This document shows positions 30,450 to 40,369 of a DNA stretch of 64,000 nucleotides, in pieces (positions within the stretch are counted from its first letter, which is position 1; each line of letters starts with the position of its first letter). The stretch is from an uncultured bacterium. Its GTDB lineage: Bacteria > Krumholzibacteriota > Krumholzibacteriia > Krumholzibacteriales > Krumholzibacteriaceae. The stretch spans positions 960,001-1,024,000 of the forward strand of contig CAWBAN010000001.1 of assembly GCA_963786935.1 (NCBI GenBank), read 5' to 3'. The notes beneath the pieces were generated by a model. It did not search any database, was not told where the DNA came from, and saw only the letters and a list, made by a program, of their open reading frames with translations. A program made the translations under genes and the position numbers.

Positions 30450-33269
30450 TCACGGAACGTAGACAAGCTTGATCTTCTTCGAAGCGTTTCCCGAGCGCAG
30501 CACGCAGAAATATATTCCGGCGGCCGTCCCGTGCCCGGCCGGCGCCCACCGCACCGTCCGGATCCCGCGTCCGAAGACGCCGTCGGCGAGGCGCGCGACG
30601 ATCCTCCCCGAAACGTCGTACACGTCGATCGCGGCGGAGCCGGTCTGCGGCATGAAGAAGCTCACCGTGGTCTCACGCGCAAAGGGATTGGGATAATTCT
30701 TGAACCATTCGATCCCGAACGGACCGGGGAGCATGTAGCGCTCTTCCCGATCGCCGTTCAGATAGGTGACGATCTGATAGGCGTACGATCTCCCGGGCTC
30801 GACCGAAGCGTCCTTGAACGAGAATTGCCCCGTGGCGCTCCGCAGCGTGTCGGGGGTCATACGTTCTCCGACCGTCCCCCCGTCGGCGAAGCGATAGAGC
30901 AGGCAGCCCCGGATTCCCGGCAGGTCCATCAGCGTCCATGCGGCGAGGAGGTAATCGGACCCGGCGGTCACCGATGCGCTCAGATACACCGATACGATCT
31001 CGATCGTCTTCGGCGCCGTCGACGGCTGACCGCTTCCGCTGACGACGACGAGATTCCACGTGCCCGAATACAGCAGGTCGATCGGGAAGGTCGCGATGAT
31101 CCGCTCCTCCCCCCGCCAATCGACGGCGGTCGCGCGGACCGTGTCGAATGCGAGCGCGAGGTACGCGCTCGCCCCGTATTCCATCCCCGAGCCCCGGATG
31201 TCGAGCGCCGCGACCGCATCGCGCTCCTTGTCGATCGTGTCGGGAAGAACGGCGTCGATCGCCGGCGCGCTCATGCCGCCGACGAACGTCGCCGAAACGT
31301 TCGAGGCGCCGATCGCGATGCCGGTGATGGACACCGGGCTCGCGACCCCGCCGTTCGTATGGCTGTTCGGGGCCGTGGACGCGCCGAACGAGCGGTTGTT
31401 CGAGCTTCCCGGGTAGGGATCGCCGTTGTCTCCCGTGTTCCCTCCCATATAGGAGGGCTCGAGAAGGTTGTACTCGCCGTCGGCCTCCTCGAGAACGAGC
31501 CCGCGGGCCTGGTTGCCGCTCGAGCCTCCGCTGTTGCCGAGCGCCGAGTAGGCGATGCTGTTCTCGGCGTGCCAGACGAGCATCCCCTCCTGGATGAGGT
31601 TGGCGTCGAAGCCGGTTCTGCGCCTGTTCTCGACGACGAAATACTCCGCGGGCGGCGAGCCGTTCCGCCAGGCGCCCGAGTCGAGATTGAAATCGGCCGA
31701 GTAGTCGAGGCCTCCCCCCGCGATCGTCATGTTGTCGATGTTGAAGACGTATCGCGCGTTCGAGCTGTAGCTTCCGTCCTCGTCACTGTAGCTGTCATCG
31801 GAGGTGAATTCGAACCGCAGGGTGAACGAGCAGGCGCCGGCGGGCAAGCGAGCGCCGATGTCGACCGGCTGCCGTCCGTTGAGCCGTCCCGTCAGCTTCA
31901 TGAGCGTATCGACAGAGCCCGCGCGCTCGAGGAGGAGCCGTCCGAAATCGTAGCCCGTCTCCGCGTCGATCCAGACGTCGAACGCCATCGTCACGGGACG
32001 CGAGGCATCGACGGTGAACTCGTGGAAGACCGACTCCTTCCAGCCGTTTCCGTAGCCGCCGGCCCCCGGCCATTGGCGCGCCATCCCCTCCGCGTCGCTG
32101 TACGAGCAGATGATCGCGTAGTTGTTCGACGCGTACATCGTTCGTTTGAAGCGCCGCGTCGGCAGAGGCATTTTGAGCGCGTCCCCGCTCGTCCCGACGG
32201 GGCGCAGATCGATCGCGCGGGCGCGCCAGTCGATCTCCGTGAAATCGATCCATCCGAGGCGCTCGCGCGACCAGGCGCAGGGATGCGCCGGCGAGACGGG
32301 CGTGTTCCAGTTGCCCGCACCCATGAGCCCCCAGAATCCGATGCCGCTCGAGCCGCCGTCGAAGTCGTAGAGATCGGGGAGCCCGATCGCGTGGCCGAGC
32401 TCGTGGCAGATGACGCCGATCTCGATGATGCCCGTTTCGCACGAGAGGGACGGGACCACGATGTAGTCGTCGACTTTGATCGAGCCGCCTCCCGCCGCGG
32501 CGTCGTTCGTCGTGTACGGCTCTCCTCCCGAAACGGGCCACTGGCTGTAGGTCCACGAGTGCGACCAGATGTGGGGCGACACGCCGTCGCACTCGGCGCC
32601 CCAGGTCGGATGAATCACCAGCAGCACGTCGACGAATCCGTCGTCGTCCCCCGAGTTCGGAACGCCGTCGGGGCCGTCGTTGTCGAACGCGCCGAAATCG
32701 GCGGAGGGATCGAGCGCGTCGAGGATCTCCTTGATCATATCGCCGGTGCGCGCCGTGCCGTACGGCGGCGGAATGTAGCCCTGCGAGGCGCCGCCCGTGT
32801 AATATGCCTCGTTCTGCGAGAGCTGCACCCAGTCGAACACGCTGCCCGTCACGTCGAAGAGGCCGTACGACACCTCGCTCCAGTATTGACGCAACGTGCC
32901 CGTCGCCCAGGGGCCCGTGAAAAACTCCCGGTCGAACGCGTTCCTGGTGAAGGGAGGGGTCATGCCGCTGTAGAGGCCGAGCACGACGGGGATCGCGAGC
33001 TCCCCCCCGAGCGCGTTATCGGCGTTCAGCAGCGCCGTTCCCGCGCTCGCGCGGGCGTTCCGGTAGCGCGAATCCCCCCGCACCTGCATCTCCCGCCGCT
33101 CGAGCCATGCGTGCTTGAGCGCGAAGGCGTCCTTCAGCCGCCTCTTGAGCTCCTGGTACTGCCGGGGAAGCGCGGCGCCCGGGCGGGGAGAAACGATGCC
33201 GGCGCCCGCGGCGCCCGCGAACGACAGCGCGCATGCGAAGAGAAGTATTTTCGTCGCGGTCGTTTTCAC
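30450..33269 (-). CDS. M6 family (immune inhibitor A-like) metalloprotease with T9SS/FlgD-like C-terminal domain
   Basis: GVICHELGHAIGLPDLYD, IWSHSW, EYFVVENR; tail NYPNPF...YDVSGR...GIYF...KL. Start placed at GTG 33269. Confidence 0.9.
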   Translation of the reverse strand: MKTTATKILLFACALSFAGAAGAGIVSPRPGAALPRQYQELKRRLKDAFALKHAWLERREMQVRGDSRYRNARASAGTALLNADNALGGELAIPVVLGLYSGMTPPFTRNAFDREFFTGPWATGTLRQYWSEVSYGLFDVTGSVFDWVQLSQNEAYYTGGASQGYIPPPYGTARTGDMIKEILDALDPSADFGAFDNDGPDGVPNSGDDDGFVDVLLVIHPTWGAECDGVSPHIWSHSWTYSQWPVSGGEPYTTNDAAAGGGSIKVDDYIVVPSLSCETGIIEIGVICHELGHAIGLPDLYDFDGGSSGIGFWGLMGAGNWNTPVSPAHPCAWSRERLGWIDFTEIDWRARAIDLRPVGTSGDALKMPLPTRRFKRTMYASNNYAIICSYSDAEGMARQWPGAGGYGNGWKESVFHEFTVDASRPVTMAFDVWIDAETGYDFGRLLLERAGSVDTLMKLTGRLNGRQPVDIGARLPAGACSFTLRFEFTSDDSYSDEDGSYSSNARYVFNIDNMTIAGGGLDYSADFNLDSGAWRNGSPPAEYFVVENRRRTGFDANLIQEGMLVWHAENSIAYSALGNSGGSSGNQARGLVLEEADGEYNLLEPSYMGGNTGDNGDPYPGSSNNRSFGASTAPNSHTNGGVASPVSITGIAIGASNVSATFVGGMSAPAIDAVLPDTIDKERDAVAALDIRGSGMEYGASAYLALAFDTVRATAVDWRGEERIIATFPIDLLYSGTWNLVVVSGSGQPSTAPKTIEIVSVYLSASVTAGSDYLLAAWTLMDLPGIRGCLLYRFADGGTVGERMTPDTLRSATGQFSFKDASVEPGRSYAYQIVTYLNGDREERYMLPGPFGIEWFKNYPNPFARETTVSFFMPQTGSAAIDVYDVSGRIVARLADGVFGRGIRTVRWAPAGHGTAAGIYFCVLRSGNASKKIKLVYVP

Positions 33270-33312
33270 CTGTTCACCAGCCGATGCGTGGGCCGGCCGC
33301 AACCGGAGCTCA

Positions 33313-33885
33313 TCACTCCGTCGGATTGATCACCGCTTTGTACGACGTCGCGGGCACCATCGTCTGCCCCTCGTCGCACATCGCGATGCCGATGAACTCG
33401 CTCTTTTCGTGGGCGACCAGGGAAATCTCGGCGTTCTCGAGCCCGGACGGAACACTCAGCGTCAGCGCATGGAGCACGAGCTTCGGCCCCTGCACGCAGG
33501 GGAACGTCTCGCTGATCCCGTGCTCGAACGTTCCGAGGAGCGCCACGCGCTCCTTGTAGTACTGGTCGTTCTCGATCTTGACCCCTTCGGGGAGCACGAG
33601 ACGGTACTCGACCGCGGCGATCGGCATCGTCTCGGGGAAATTCACGATGATGTAGATGGTGGTCTGACGGTCGCGGCCGCCCAGCTTCGCGGTGCGCTGC
33701 GAACCCTCGGCGTCGAAAAACACGCCGAAGCTCACTTCCTCGGAAACATACGAGAGCGTCGTATCCGCGCGGGTGGTGTCGGCCGGGGCGCCTTCGGTCT
33801 TCTTGGTCCCCTTCCCGCACGAGAAGACGAGGGGCACGATCAGGAGCGCGACGAACGCGAGACTCACGCGCTGACGGATGGACAT
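33313..33885 (-). CDS. Lipoprotein with cohesin-like domain, distant paralog of the 12682 and 14472 proteins
   Basis: Lipobox VFSC; AAVEYRLVLP, LGTFEHGISETF and AMCDEG align with AAEFKLGVP, LGSLDDGMSVVF and ASCLPG. Confidence 0.7.
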   Translation of the reverse strand: MSIRQRVSLAFVALLIVPLVFSCGKGTKKTEGAPADTTRADTTLSYVSEEVSFGVFFDAEGSQRTAKLGGRDRQTTIYIIVNFPETMPIAAVEYRLVLPEGVKIENDQYYKERVALLGTFEHGISETFPCVQGPKLVLHALTLSVPSGLENAEISLVAHEKSEFIGIAMCDEGQTMVPATSYKAVINPTE

Positions 33886-33996
33886 CGAGCTACCTCCCTA
33901 TGAAACATGGTCGATTTGCCGGTCTCCTGCAACAGCTGAATGCTTCATCATAGGGGCAATCGCCGCGTTTTACAACGTATTTCGATGACATTCCCG

Positions 33997-34025
33997 TTGA
34001 CCCGCCCGACGGCATCGGCTAGAAT
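33997..34025 (+). promoter_or_regulatory. Sigma70-type promoter for the pccB-mcm-mce operon
   Basis: TTGACC-17-TAGAAT. Confidence 0.65.
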
Positions 34026-34101
34026 GAGCGCTGCTCTATCGGCGTCCCCCGCTTCGGCCGGGGGGCGCGCAGGCATCAAACCTCCCGAGGAGGTATCTCC
34101 C

Positions 34102-35655
34102 TTGAAAGCCAAGAACGAGAAATTCGAGATTCTGCAGAAAAAGCGCGAGCAGGCGCTCCTCGGCGGCGGCGTCGAGCGAATACAGAAGATTCACGAGTCG
34201 GGTCGCCTGACGGCGCGCGAGCGGATCCACAAGCTCTTCGACGAGGGCACCTTCCAGGAGCTCGGCGTCTTCGTCACGCACCGCTCGACGTGGCCCGGCA
34301 TGGAGGAGAACAAGATCGTCGGCGACGGCGTCGTGTGCGGTCACGGGCTCGTGAACGGCAGGAACGTCTACGCGTTCGCGCAGGACTTCACCGTGTTCGG
34401 CGGCAGCCTCAGCGAGGCGAACGCGCGCAAGATCACCCGTCTGCTCGACATGGCGATGGAGAACGGCGCACCCGTCGTCGGCCTCTGCGACAGCGGCGGC
34501 GCCCGCATCCAGGAAGGCGTGGCGAGCCTCGGCGGATACGCGGACATCTTCCTGCGGAATACGCTCGCCTCGGGGGTGATCCCGCAGATCTCCGCCATCC
34601 TCGGCCCGTGCGCGGGAGGCGCGGTCTACTCCCCCGCCATCACCGATTTCATCTTCATGGTCAAGGACACGAGCCACATGTTCATCACGGGCCCGAACGT
34701 CATCAAGAAGGTGACGCACGAGGACGTGACCTTCGAGGAGCTCGGCGGGGCGCTGACGCACAACAGCAAGAGCGGCGTGGCGCACTTCATGTCGGACAAC
34801 GACGAGGACTGCCTCGCGAAGATCAAGGATCTCCTCGCCTATCTTCCGCAGAACAACCTCGAGGACCCGCCCTACCTCGCGCCGAGCGACGATCCGGGGC
34901 GCCGGGAGCCGAAGCTGGCGGACGTCGTCCCCGACGATCCGCGGCAGCCGTACGACATCACCGAAGTCATCGATCTCATCGTGGACAACGGCGTTTTTCT
35001 CGAGGTGCAGCCGCTCTGGGCGAAGAACATCGTCGTCGGCTTCGCGCGCCTCAACGGGCACGTCGTGGGCGTCGTCGCGAACCAGCCGCTCCACATGGCC
35101 GGCGTCCTCGACATCGACTCCTCGATCAAAGGCGCCCGATTCATCCGCTTCTGCGACGCCTTCAACGTCCCGCTCATCACCTTCGAGGACGTTCCCGGAT
35201 TCCTCCCGGGCACGCAGCAGGAATGGAGCGGCATCATCAGGCACGGCGCCAAGCTCATCTTCGCCTACTGCGAGGCGACGGTGCCCAAGATCACGGTGAT
35301 CACGCGCAAAGCGTACGGCGGCGCCTACTGCGTCATGTCGAGCAAGCACATCAGGGGGGATTACAACGTCGCGTGGCCGACGGCGGAGATCGCCGTCATG
35401 GGGGCCGAAGGCGCGGTCAACATTCTCTACCGGAAGGAAATCTCGTCGGCCGAGGATCCCGACGCCGAGCTCCAGAGATACATCGACATGTACGTCGAGT
35501 CGTTCGCCAATCCGTACGTCGCGGCGTCCTTCGGCTACCTCGACGACGTCATCAGCCCCGAGAACACGAGGCCGATGATCATCCACGCGCTCGAGAACCT
35601 CATCAACAAGCGGCAGCAGCTTCCGCCGAAGAAGCACGGCAACATCCCCCTGTGA
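34102..35655 (+). CDS. pccB: Acyl-CoA carboxyltransferase (propionyl-CoA carboxylase beta / methylmalonyl-CoA decarboxylase alpha)
   Basis: [41 protein letters not shown] start after GAGGAGG. Confidence 0.93.
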   Translation: MKAKNEKFEILQKKREQALLGGGVERIQKIHESGRLTARERIHKLFDEGTFQELGVFVTHRSTWPGMEENKIVGDGVVCGHGLVNGRNVYAFAQDFTVFGGSLSEANARKITRLLDMAMENGAPVVGLCDSGGARIQEGVASLGGYADIFLRNTLASGVIPQISAILGPCAGGAVYSPAITDFIFMVKDTSHMFITGPNVIKKVTHEDVTFEELGGALTHNSKSGVAHFMSDNDEDCLAKIKDLLAYLPQNNLEDPPYLAPSDDPGRREPKLADVVPDDPRQPYDITEVIDLIVDNGVFLEVQPLWAKNIVVGFARLNGHVVGVVANQPLHMAGVLDIDSSIKGARFIRFCDAFNVPLITFEDVPGFLPGTQQEWSGIIRHGAKLIFAYCEATVPKITVITRKAYGGAYCVMSSKHIRGDYNVAWPTAEIAVMGAEGAVNILYRKEISSAEDPDAELQRYIDMYVESFANPYVAASFGYLDDVISPENTRPMIIHALENLINKRQQLPPKKHGNIPL

Positions 35656-35666
35656 GAGGACGCTCC

Positions 35667-37346
35667 ATGCCGGGCAAGAGAACGAAAAAACCCCTCGCCG
35701 GGGAGCTTTCGAGCTGGGAAGAGAAGACGTACCGCCCCTTCAGCGTCAAGGGAGGCGAGCGCAAGAGCCCCTTCGAGACGACGTCGGGGATCGAGCTCAA
35801 ACCCCTCTACACGCCGCTCGACGCGCCGGAGGAATCGTATCCGGACCGCCTCTCCTTCCCCGGATCCTATCCGTACACGAGGGGCGTCTACCCCACGATG
35901 TTCCGGGGAAAGTTCTGGACGATGCGGCAGTACGCCGGCTTCGGCTCCGCCGAGGAGACGAATCTCCGCTTCCGCTACCTCCTCGAGAAGGGGCAGACGG
36001 GGCTCTCGATCGCCTTCGACCTGCCGACCCAGATGGGCTACGACTCGGACGATCAGATGGCGGAGGGAGAAATCGGAAGAGTCGGCGTCGCAATCGATTC
36101 CATCGAAGACTTCAGAATTCTCATGAAGGACATTCCCCTCGAGAAGGTCAGCACCTCGATGACGATCAACTCCACGGCGGCGATCCTGCTCGCGATGTAC
36201 GCCGCGCTCGCCGAGGAAACGGGGGTGCCCCTCTCCAAGATTTCGGGGACGATCCAGAACGACATTCTCAAGGAATACTACGCCCGCGGAACCTACATCT
36301 ATCCGCCGGCTCCCTCGATGAGGATCGTCACGGACATCTTCGCCTGGTGCAGGGACCGCGCGCCGCAGTGGAACACGATCAGCATCAGCGGCTATCACAT
36401 CCGAGAGGCGGGCTCCACCGCGGTCCAGGAGGTCGCCCTCACCCTGTCCGACGCGGTCACGTACGTCGAGGCCGCGATACGCGCGGGGCTCGCCGTGGAC
36501 GATTTCGCGCCGCGCCTGTCGTTCTTCTTCGGCGTGCACAACAACCTCCTCGAGGAGGTCGCGAAATTCCGGGCGGCCCGTCGTCTCTGGGCGCGCATCA
36601 TGAAGGAGCGGTTCGGCGCGAAAAGCGACAAATCGCTCCTCCTGCGCTTCCACACGCAGACGGCGGGCTGCACGCTCACGGCCCAGCAGATCGAGAACAA
36701 CGTCGTCCGCGTCACGCTCCAGGCGCTCGCCGCCGTCCTCGGCGGCACCCAGTCGCTCCACACGAACTCGAAGGACGAGGCGCTCAACCTCCCGTCCGAA
36801 GAAGCGGCGCTCACCGCGCTTCGAACCCAGCAGGTCATCGCGGAGGAATCGGGCGTGTGCGACGTCATCGATCCCCTCGGCGGCTCCTACGCGGTCGAGA
36901 AGCTCACCGACGAGATCGAGGAGCGCTCGCTCGCGCTCATGAAGCGGATCGAGGACATGGGGGGAATGATCCGGGCGATCGAGCAGCGCTTCCCCCAGCG
37001 CGAGATCGAACGGAGCGCATACGAATACCAGAAGGCGATCGAGAGCGGCGCCGTCGGCGTCGTCGGGGTGAACCGTTACGCGGGCTCCTCCCCCGCCCGG
37101 AGCGGCTCGTTCAGGATCGACGCCTCCGTCGCCGAACGGCAGCGCTCCCGGCTCGCTCGCTTCAAGAGCGGCCGCGACCCGGCCGCCGTATCCCGGCTTC
37201 TGACGGCCGTCGAGGAGGCCGCGCGGGGCGAGGCGAACCTCATGCCGCCGATCGTCGACGCCGTGCGGGGGAACTGCACGCTCGGCGAAATCTCGCGGGC
37301 GATGGAGAAGGTCTTCGGCCGGTACAATCCCGCCTCGGGCGCCTAG
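35667..37346 (+). CDS. mcmA: Methylmalonyl-CoA mutase, substrate-binding subunit
   Basis: [17 protein letters not shown] (Tyr), EYYARGTY (Arg): MCM-type specificity residues; no B12-binding domain. Confidence 0.9.
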   Translation: MPGKRTKKPLAGELSSWEEKTYRPFSVKGGERKSPFETTSGIELKPLYTPLDAPEESYPDRLSFPGSYPYTRGVYPTMFRGKFWTMRQYAGFGSAEETNLRFRYLLEKGQTGLSIAFDLPTQMGYDSDDQMAEGEIGRVGVAIDSIEDFRILMKDIPLEKVSTSMTINSTAAILLAMYAALAEETGVPLSKISGTIQNDILKEYYARGTYIYPPAPSMRIVTDIFAWCRDRAPQWNTISISGYHIREAGSTAVQEVALTLSDAVTYVEAAIRAGLAVDDFAPRLSFFFGVHNNLLEEVAKFRAARRLWARIMKERFGAKSDKSLLLRFHTQTAGCTLTAQQIENNVVRVTLQALAAVLGGTQSLHTNSKDEALNLPSEEAALTALRTQQVIAEESGVCDVIDPLGGSYAVEKLTDEIEERSLALMKRIEDMGGMIRAIEQRFPQREIERSAYEYQKAIESGAVGVVGVNRYAGSSPARSGSFRIDASVAERQRSRLARFKSGRDPAAVSRLLTAVEEAARGEANLMPPIVDAVRGNCTLGEISRAMEKVFGRYNPASGA

Positions 37347-37393
37347 GCCGGGCGCGGACGGATTCACGCACTACCGATACCAGGGAGGTCGAC

Positions 37394-37801
37394 ATGCACA
37401 ACCGGCTCGGCGCCGTCAACCATATCGGAATCGCCGTCAAGAACCTCGAAGAGGCGAAGAGACTCTTCTCCGACGCGCTCGCGCTCCCCTGCGTCGCCGA
37501 AAAGACCGTGCCGGAGCGAGGCGTCAAGATCGCGTTCCTCTCCACGGGAAACACGACGGTCGAGCTCCTCGAAGGGCTCGGCCCGGAGAGCGCCGTCTCG
37601 AAGTTCGTCGAGCAGCGGGGCCCCGGCATCCACCACCTGTGTTTCGAGGTCGATGGGATCGAGCGCGTCATGAAGGAGCTCGCCGAGAGCGGCATGCGCC
37701 TCATCGACGAAAAGCCGCGCCTCGGCGCCGAGGGCAAGCTCGTCGCCTTCGTCCACCCGAAGTCGACGCTCGGCGTGCTTATCGAACTCATCGAGAAATG
37801 A
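37394..37801 (+). CDS. mce: Methylmalonyl-CoA epimerase
   Basis: NHIGIAV, ELLE, GIHHLCF, FVHPK...GVLIEL (VOC fold); follows the mutase. Confidence 0.93.
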   Translation: MHNRLGAVNHIGIAVKNLEEAKRLFSDALALPCVAEKTVPERGVKIAFLSTGNTTVELLEGLGPESAVSKFVEQRGPGIHHLCFEVDGIERVMKELAESGMRLIDEKPRLGAEGKLVAFVHPKSTLGVLIELIEK

Positions 37802-37838
37802 GACGCACCGCGCGCGACATCGAATAGCGGGTGACGTC

Positions 37839-38884
37839 TCAGCGCGCGGTCGGTTTCTTAGCCTGCTCCCGGTACATCTCGAGATAGGGATCGGCTTTCG
37901 CGAGAGAGCCGAAGCGCGCGTACGCGTCCGCCTTGCATCCGCCGGCGCACGACGACTCGACGGCGCAGCCGCGGCAGAAATCGGGGATCGAGGAGCAGAA
38001 CTCGTCGACGGCCGGCGTCTCGGCGATCCGTTCGAACGGTTCCGTGAGGAGGTTGCCGAGGACGATCTTCGAGCGGTTGCACATGCGGAGATTTCCCGCG
38101 GGGTCGATCGCGAAGTACGAGCTCGATCCGTCGGGATCGTTGAGCGGGCAGAAGCTCGTTTTGACGTTCGGATAGCGGGCGAGGTCGATGAGGCACGGCT
38201 GGATCTGGACTCCGACGCTCATGCCGAGCCGGTATTTCTCGATGAGCGGAAGCCCCGCGTCGAGCGAGCGCTGGATGTCGGCCGGCGACGGCGCGAGCGA
38301 CTCCCATCCGGCGAGGCACGTGCCGCCGCAGGCGACGCGGTTGAACAGGATCCAGTCGACCCGGAGCAGCGCGTTGAGCTCGACGTATTCCTTGAACGCG
38401 CCGATGTTCGCGGCGGTTGCCACGAACACCGTATTGACGTTCCCCTTGAGCGCCTTGATGTTGACGATCGCGTCGACGACCTCTTCGAAGCTCCCCTTCC
38501 GCCCCGCGAGCTCGTCGTGCACGGAGGGCACGTGTCCGTGCAGGGAGACCTCGAAGTAATTCACGCCGCTCTCCATGCATCGCGAGACCGTTTCGCGGCT
38601 CAGGAGCTGCCCGTTCGATATGAGGACCGGCAGCACCTTTCGCGACGAGATGTACGAGGCGATCTCGAAGATGTCGTCCCGCAGCAGCGGCTCCCCCCCG
38701 TCAGCCCGATGAACTCGCAGCCCGTCTCGTCGATGACCTTGCCGAGAAGACGCAGGGCGGAGGCGGTCGACAGCTCATCGCGCGGGTAATCGTCGGTCTC
38801 CTTCCACACGTTGTAGCAGAAGGCGCACGAATTCTGGCACCGCTTGGTGACTTCGTAGAGAAGGTATCGATGTTTGCGCCTCAT
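37839..38884 (-). CDS. Radical SAM/SPASM peptide maturase, frameshifted at about 38693-38699 (G7 run)
   Basis: N-part MRRKHRYLLYEVTKRCQNSCAFC...LTGG; adding one G restores GGEPLLRDDIFEI and joins ORF 37839-38636 with SPASM CRGC-x5-C-x3-C. Confidence 0.85.
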
Positions 38885-38919
38885 GGCGATGCTTCGCTCC
38901 TCCGCGATTTCCCCGCCGG

Positions 38920-39990
38920 CTACGCCGATTGCTCCACGGCCCGGTCGAACGACGCCCGGGCGGGCTTCTTCGCGCGCGCCTTGAAGAGAGCCAGGTACGG
39001 ATCCTCCGCGTCGAACGATCCGTTGAGCACCTGCGCCGACGACCGGCATCCGCCCCGGCACACCGGCAGGTCGGGGCAGTCCGAGCAAGACTCCGGCGCC
39101 GTTTCCGAGAGCCGTCGGAGAAACTCATCGGACGAGAGCTTTTCGAAGCGCTCCGTGAGCATGCTCCCGAGGACGAACGGCGAATGGCTGCACGCCTTCA
39201 AATGTCCCTCGGGATCGATGCCGTAGAGCGTATGCTCGGTGTTTCCGAGGGAACAGAAGCTGAAACGAACTCGGGGAAACCGGGCAAGATCGTGCAGGCA
39301 CGGAAGCATGGGCGTCGCCACGGATACCGAGAGCGCATACTTTCCCGAGAGCTCTTCGGCCGCCGCGAGCGCCTCATCGAGCTCATCGGGCGACGGCATG
39401 AGCTTCTCCCACGCGGGAAGCCCCGCTCCCCCCGGCGTGAACCGGCCCAGGGCGACGTTTTTCACCCCGAGGAGCACGTTCAGCTCGAGCGTTTTTCGGA
39501 AGCTCCCGATATTGTCGGCGAGGCCGACGAAGAACGTGCACACGTTTCCCTTGCGATCCCTGATGCCGAGAATCGATTCGATCGCGCGGTCGAATCCGTC
39601 CATCCCGACGAGACGGTTGTGAAGCTCGCGCCGCTCGGCGAGGAGACTGATCTGGAACAGATCGACCCCGCTCTCCAGGCACCGCTCGATCGCTTCGACG
39701 GTCAGGAGCGTGCCGTTCGTGACGAGCGACACCTTGACGCCGCGCTTCTTCACGAACGATATGATCTCGAAAACGTCTTCCCGCGCGAGCGGCTCCCCGC
39801 CCGACAGCGACAGCGTCCGGCAGCCGCTCTCGTCGATCGCCCTGGCGAGGAGCTCCTTGACCTGCTTCGTCGGAAGCTCCCGTTTCGCTTCTTCCGCGGG
39901 ATTTTTCCAGGAATTATAGCAGAAGAGGCAGCGCTGGTTGCACTGCCCGGAGAATTCGTACATGAGAGAAACTGATGCCGGCCGACGCAT
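38920..39990 (-). CDS. Radical SAM/SPASM peptide maturase (PqqE-like architecture)
   Basis: CNQRCLFC, SGGEPL, TNG, IDPEG...C, CSDC-x5-C-RGG-C; start ATG 39990. Confidence 0.92.
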   Translation of the reverse strand: MRRPASVSLMYEFSGQCNQRCLFCYNSWKNPAEEAKRELPTKQVKELLARAIDESGCRTLSLSGGEPLAREDVFEIISFVKKRGVKVSLVTNGTLLTVEAIERCLESGVDLFQISLLAERRELHNRLVGMDGFDRAIESILGIRDRKGNVCTFFVGLADNIGSFRKTLELNVLLGVKNVALGRFTPGGAGLPAWEKLMPSPDELDEALAAAEELSGKYALSVSVATPMLPCLHDLARFPRVRFSFCSLGNTEHTLYGIDPEGHLKACSHSPFVLGSMLTERFEKLSSDEFLRRLSETAPESCSDCPDLPVCRGGCRSSAQVLNGSFDAEDPYLALFKARAKKPARASFDRAVEQSA

Positions 39991-40060
39991 TGCGCTCTTC
40001 TCTCGCACGGGGGTGGGGCACGCGGCAATCAAAGAACGCTGATCAGGTTCTCAGCTCGGA

Positions 40061-40195
40061 TCAGGGAACCGGCATGTAGCACAGCCACGGTCTCGTGGCA
40101 ACGCGCTCCTCGAGCTCTTCGACTTCGAGCTCCTCGAGAAGCTTCTTCTTCAACTCTTCGTTCCGAAGAGCCTCCATGATCTTCTCTTTGCTCAT
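40061..40195 (-). CDS. Putative RiPP precursor peptide, 44 aa: MSKEKIMEALRNEELKKKLLEELEVEELEERVATRPWLCYMPVP
   Basis: Not in ORF track; translated by hand. RBS GAGGGGGTG, host-like codons, charged leader plus a short Trp/Cys/Tyr/Pro tail; lies between the radical SAM genes. Confidence 0.88.
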   Translation of the reverse strand: MSKEKIMEALRNEELKKKLLEELEVEELEERVATRPWLCYMPVP

Positions 40196-40340
40196 TCAGC
40201 CACCCCCTCTCGTTGTGATGCCGCTTGGCAAGCGGCCTTTGCACTCGCGAGCAGCCCTCCGCAATTCATTTCGCATCTACTGCTCATCGGACAGAGACAC
40301 GATGCCGCGTGCCACCCCCGAAACTGATATACTTTCGAAT

Positions 40341-40369
40341 AGTGTACATCCTGCGGCACATCGTATCAA
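40341..40369 (-). promoter_or_regulatory. Internal sigma70-type promoter for the precursor gene
   Basis: TTGATA(40369-40364)-17-TACACT(40346-40341) on the minus strand. Confidence 0.65.

Noticed and set aside
34290..37346. Apparent 1018-aa fusion ORF, and similar extended ORFs (40370-42676, 28782-30437, 58130-59338, 36347-37801)
   Set aside because: The N-terminal extensions are off-frame overlaps with neighbouring genes; real starts with RBS lie downstream.
40030..40063. Possible selenocysteine read-through of the precursor's TGA
   Set aside because: Only a weak 5-bp hairpin follows, a second TGA comes six codons later, and no convincing SECIS is visible.
40029..40244. 71-aa minus-strand ORF and 105-aa plus-strand ORF (40095-40412) over the precursor locus
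   Set aside because: Alternative frames; the 44-aa frame has the RBS, host codon usage and leader/core structure.
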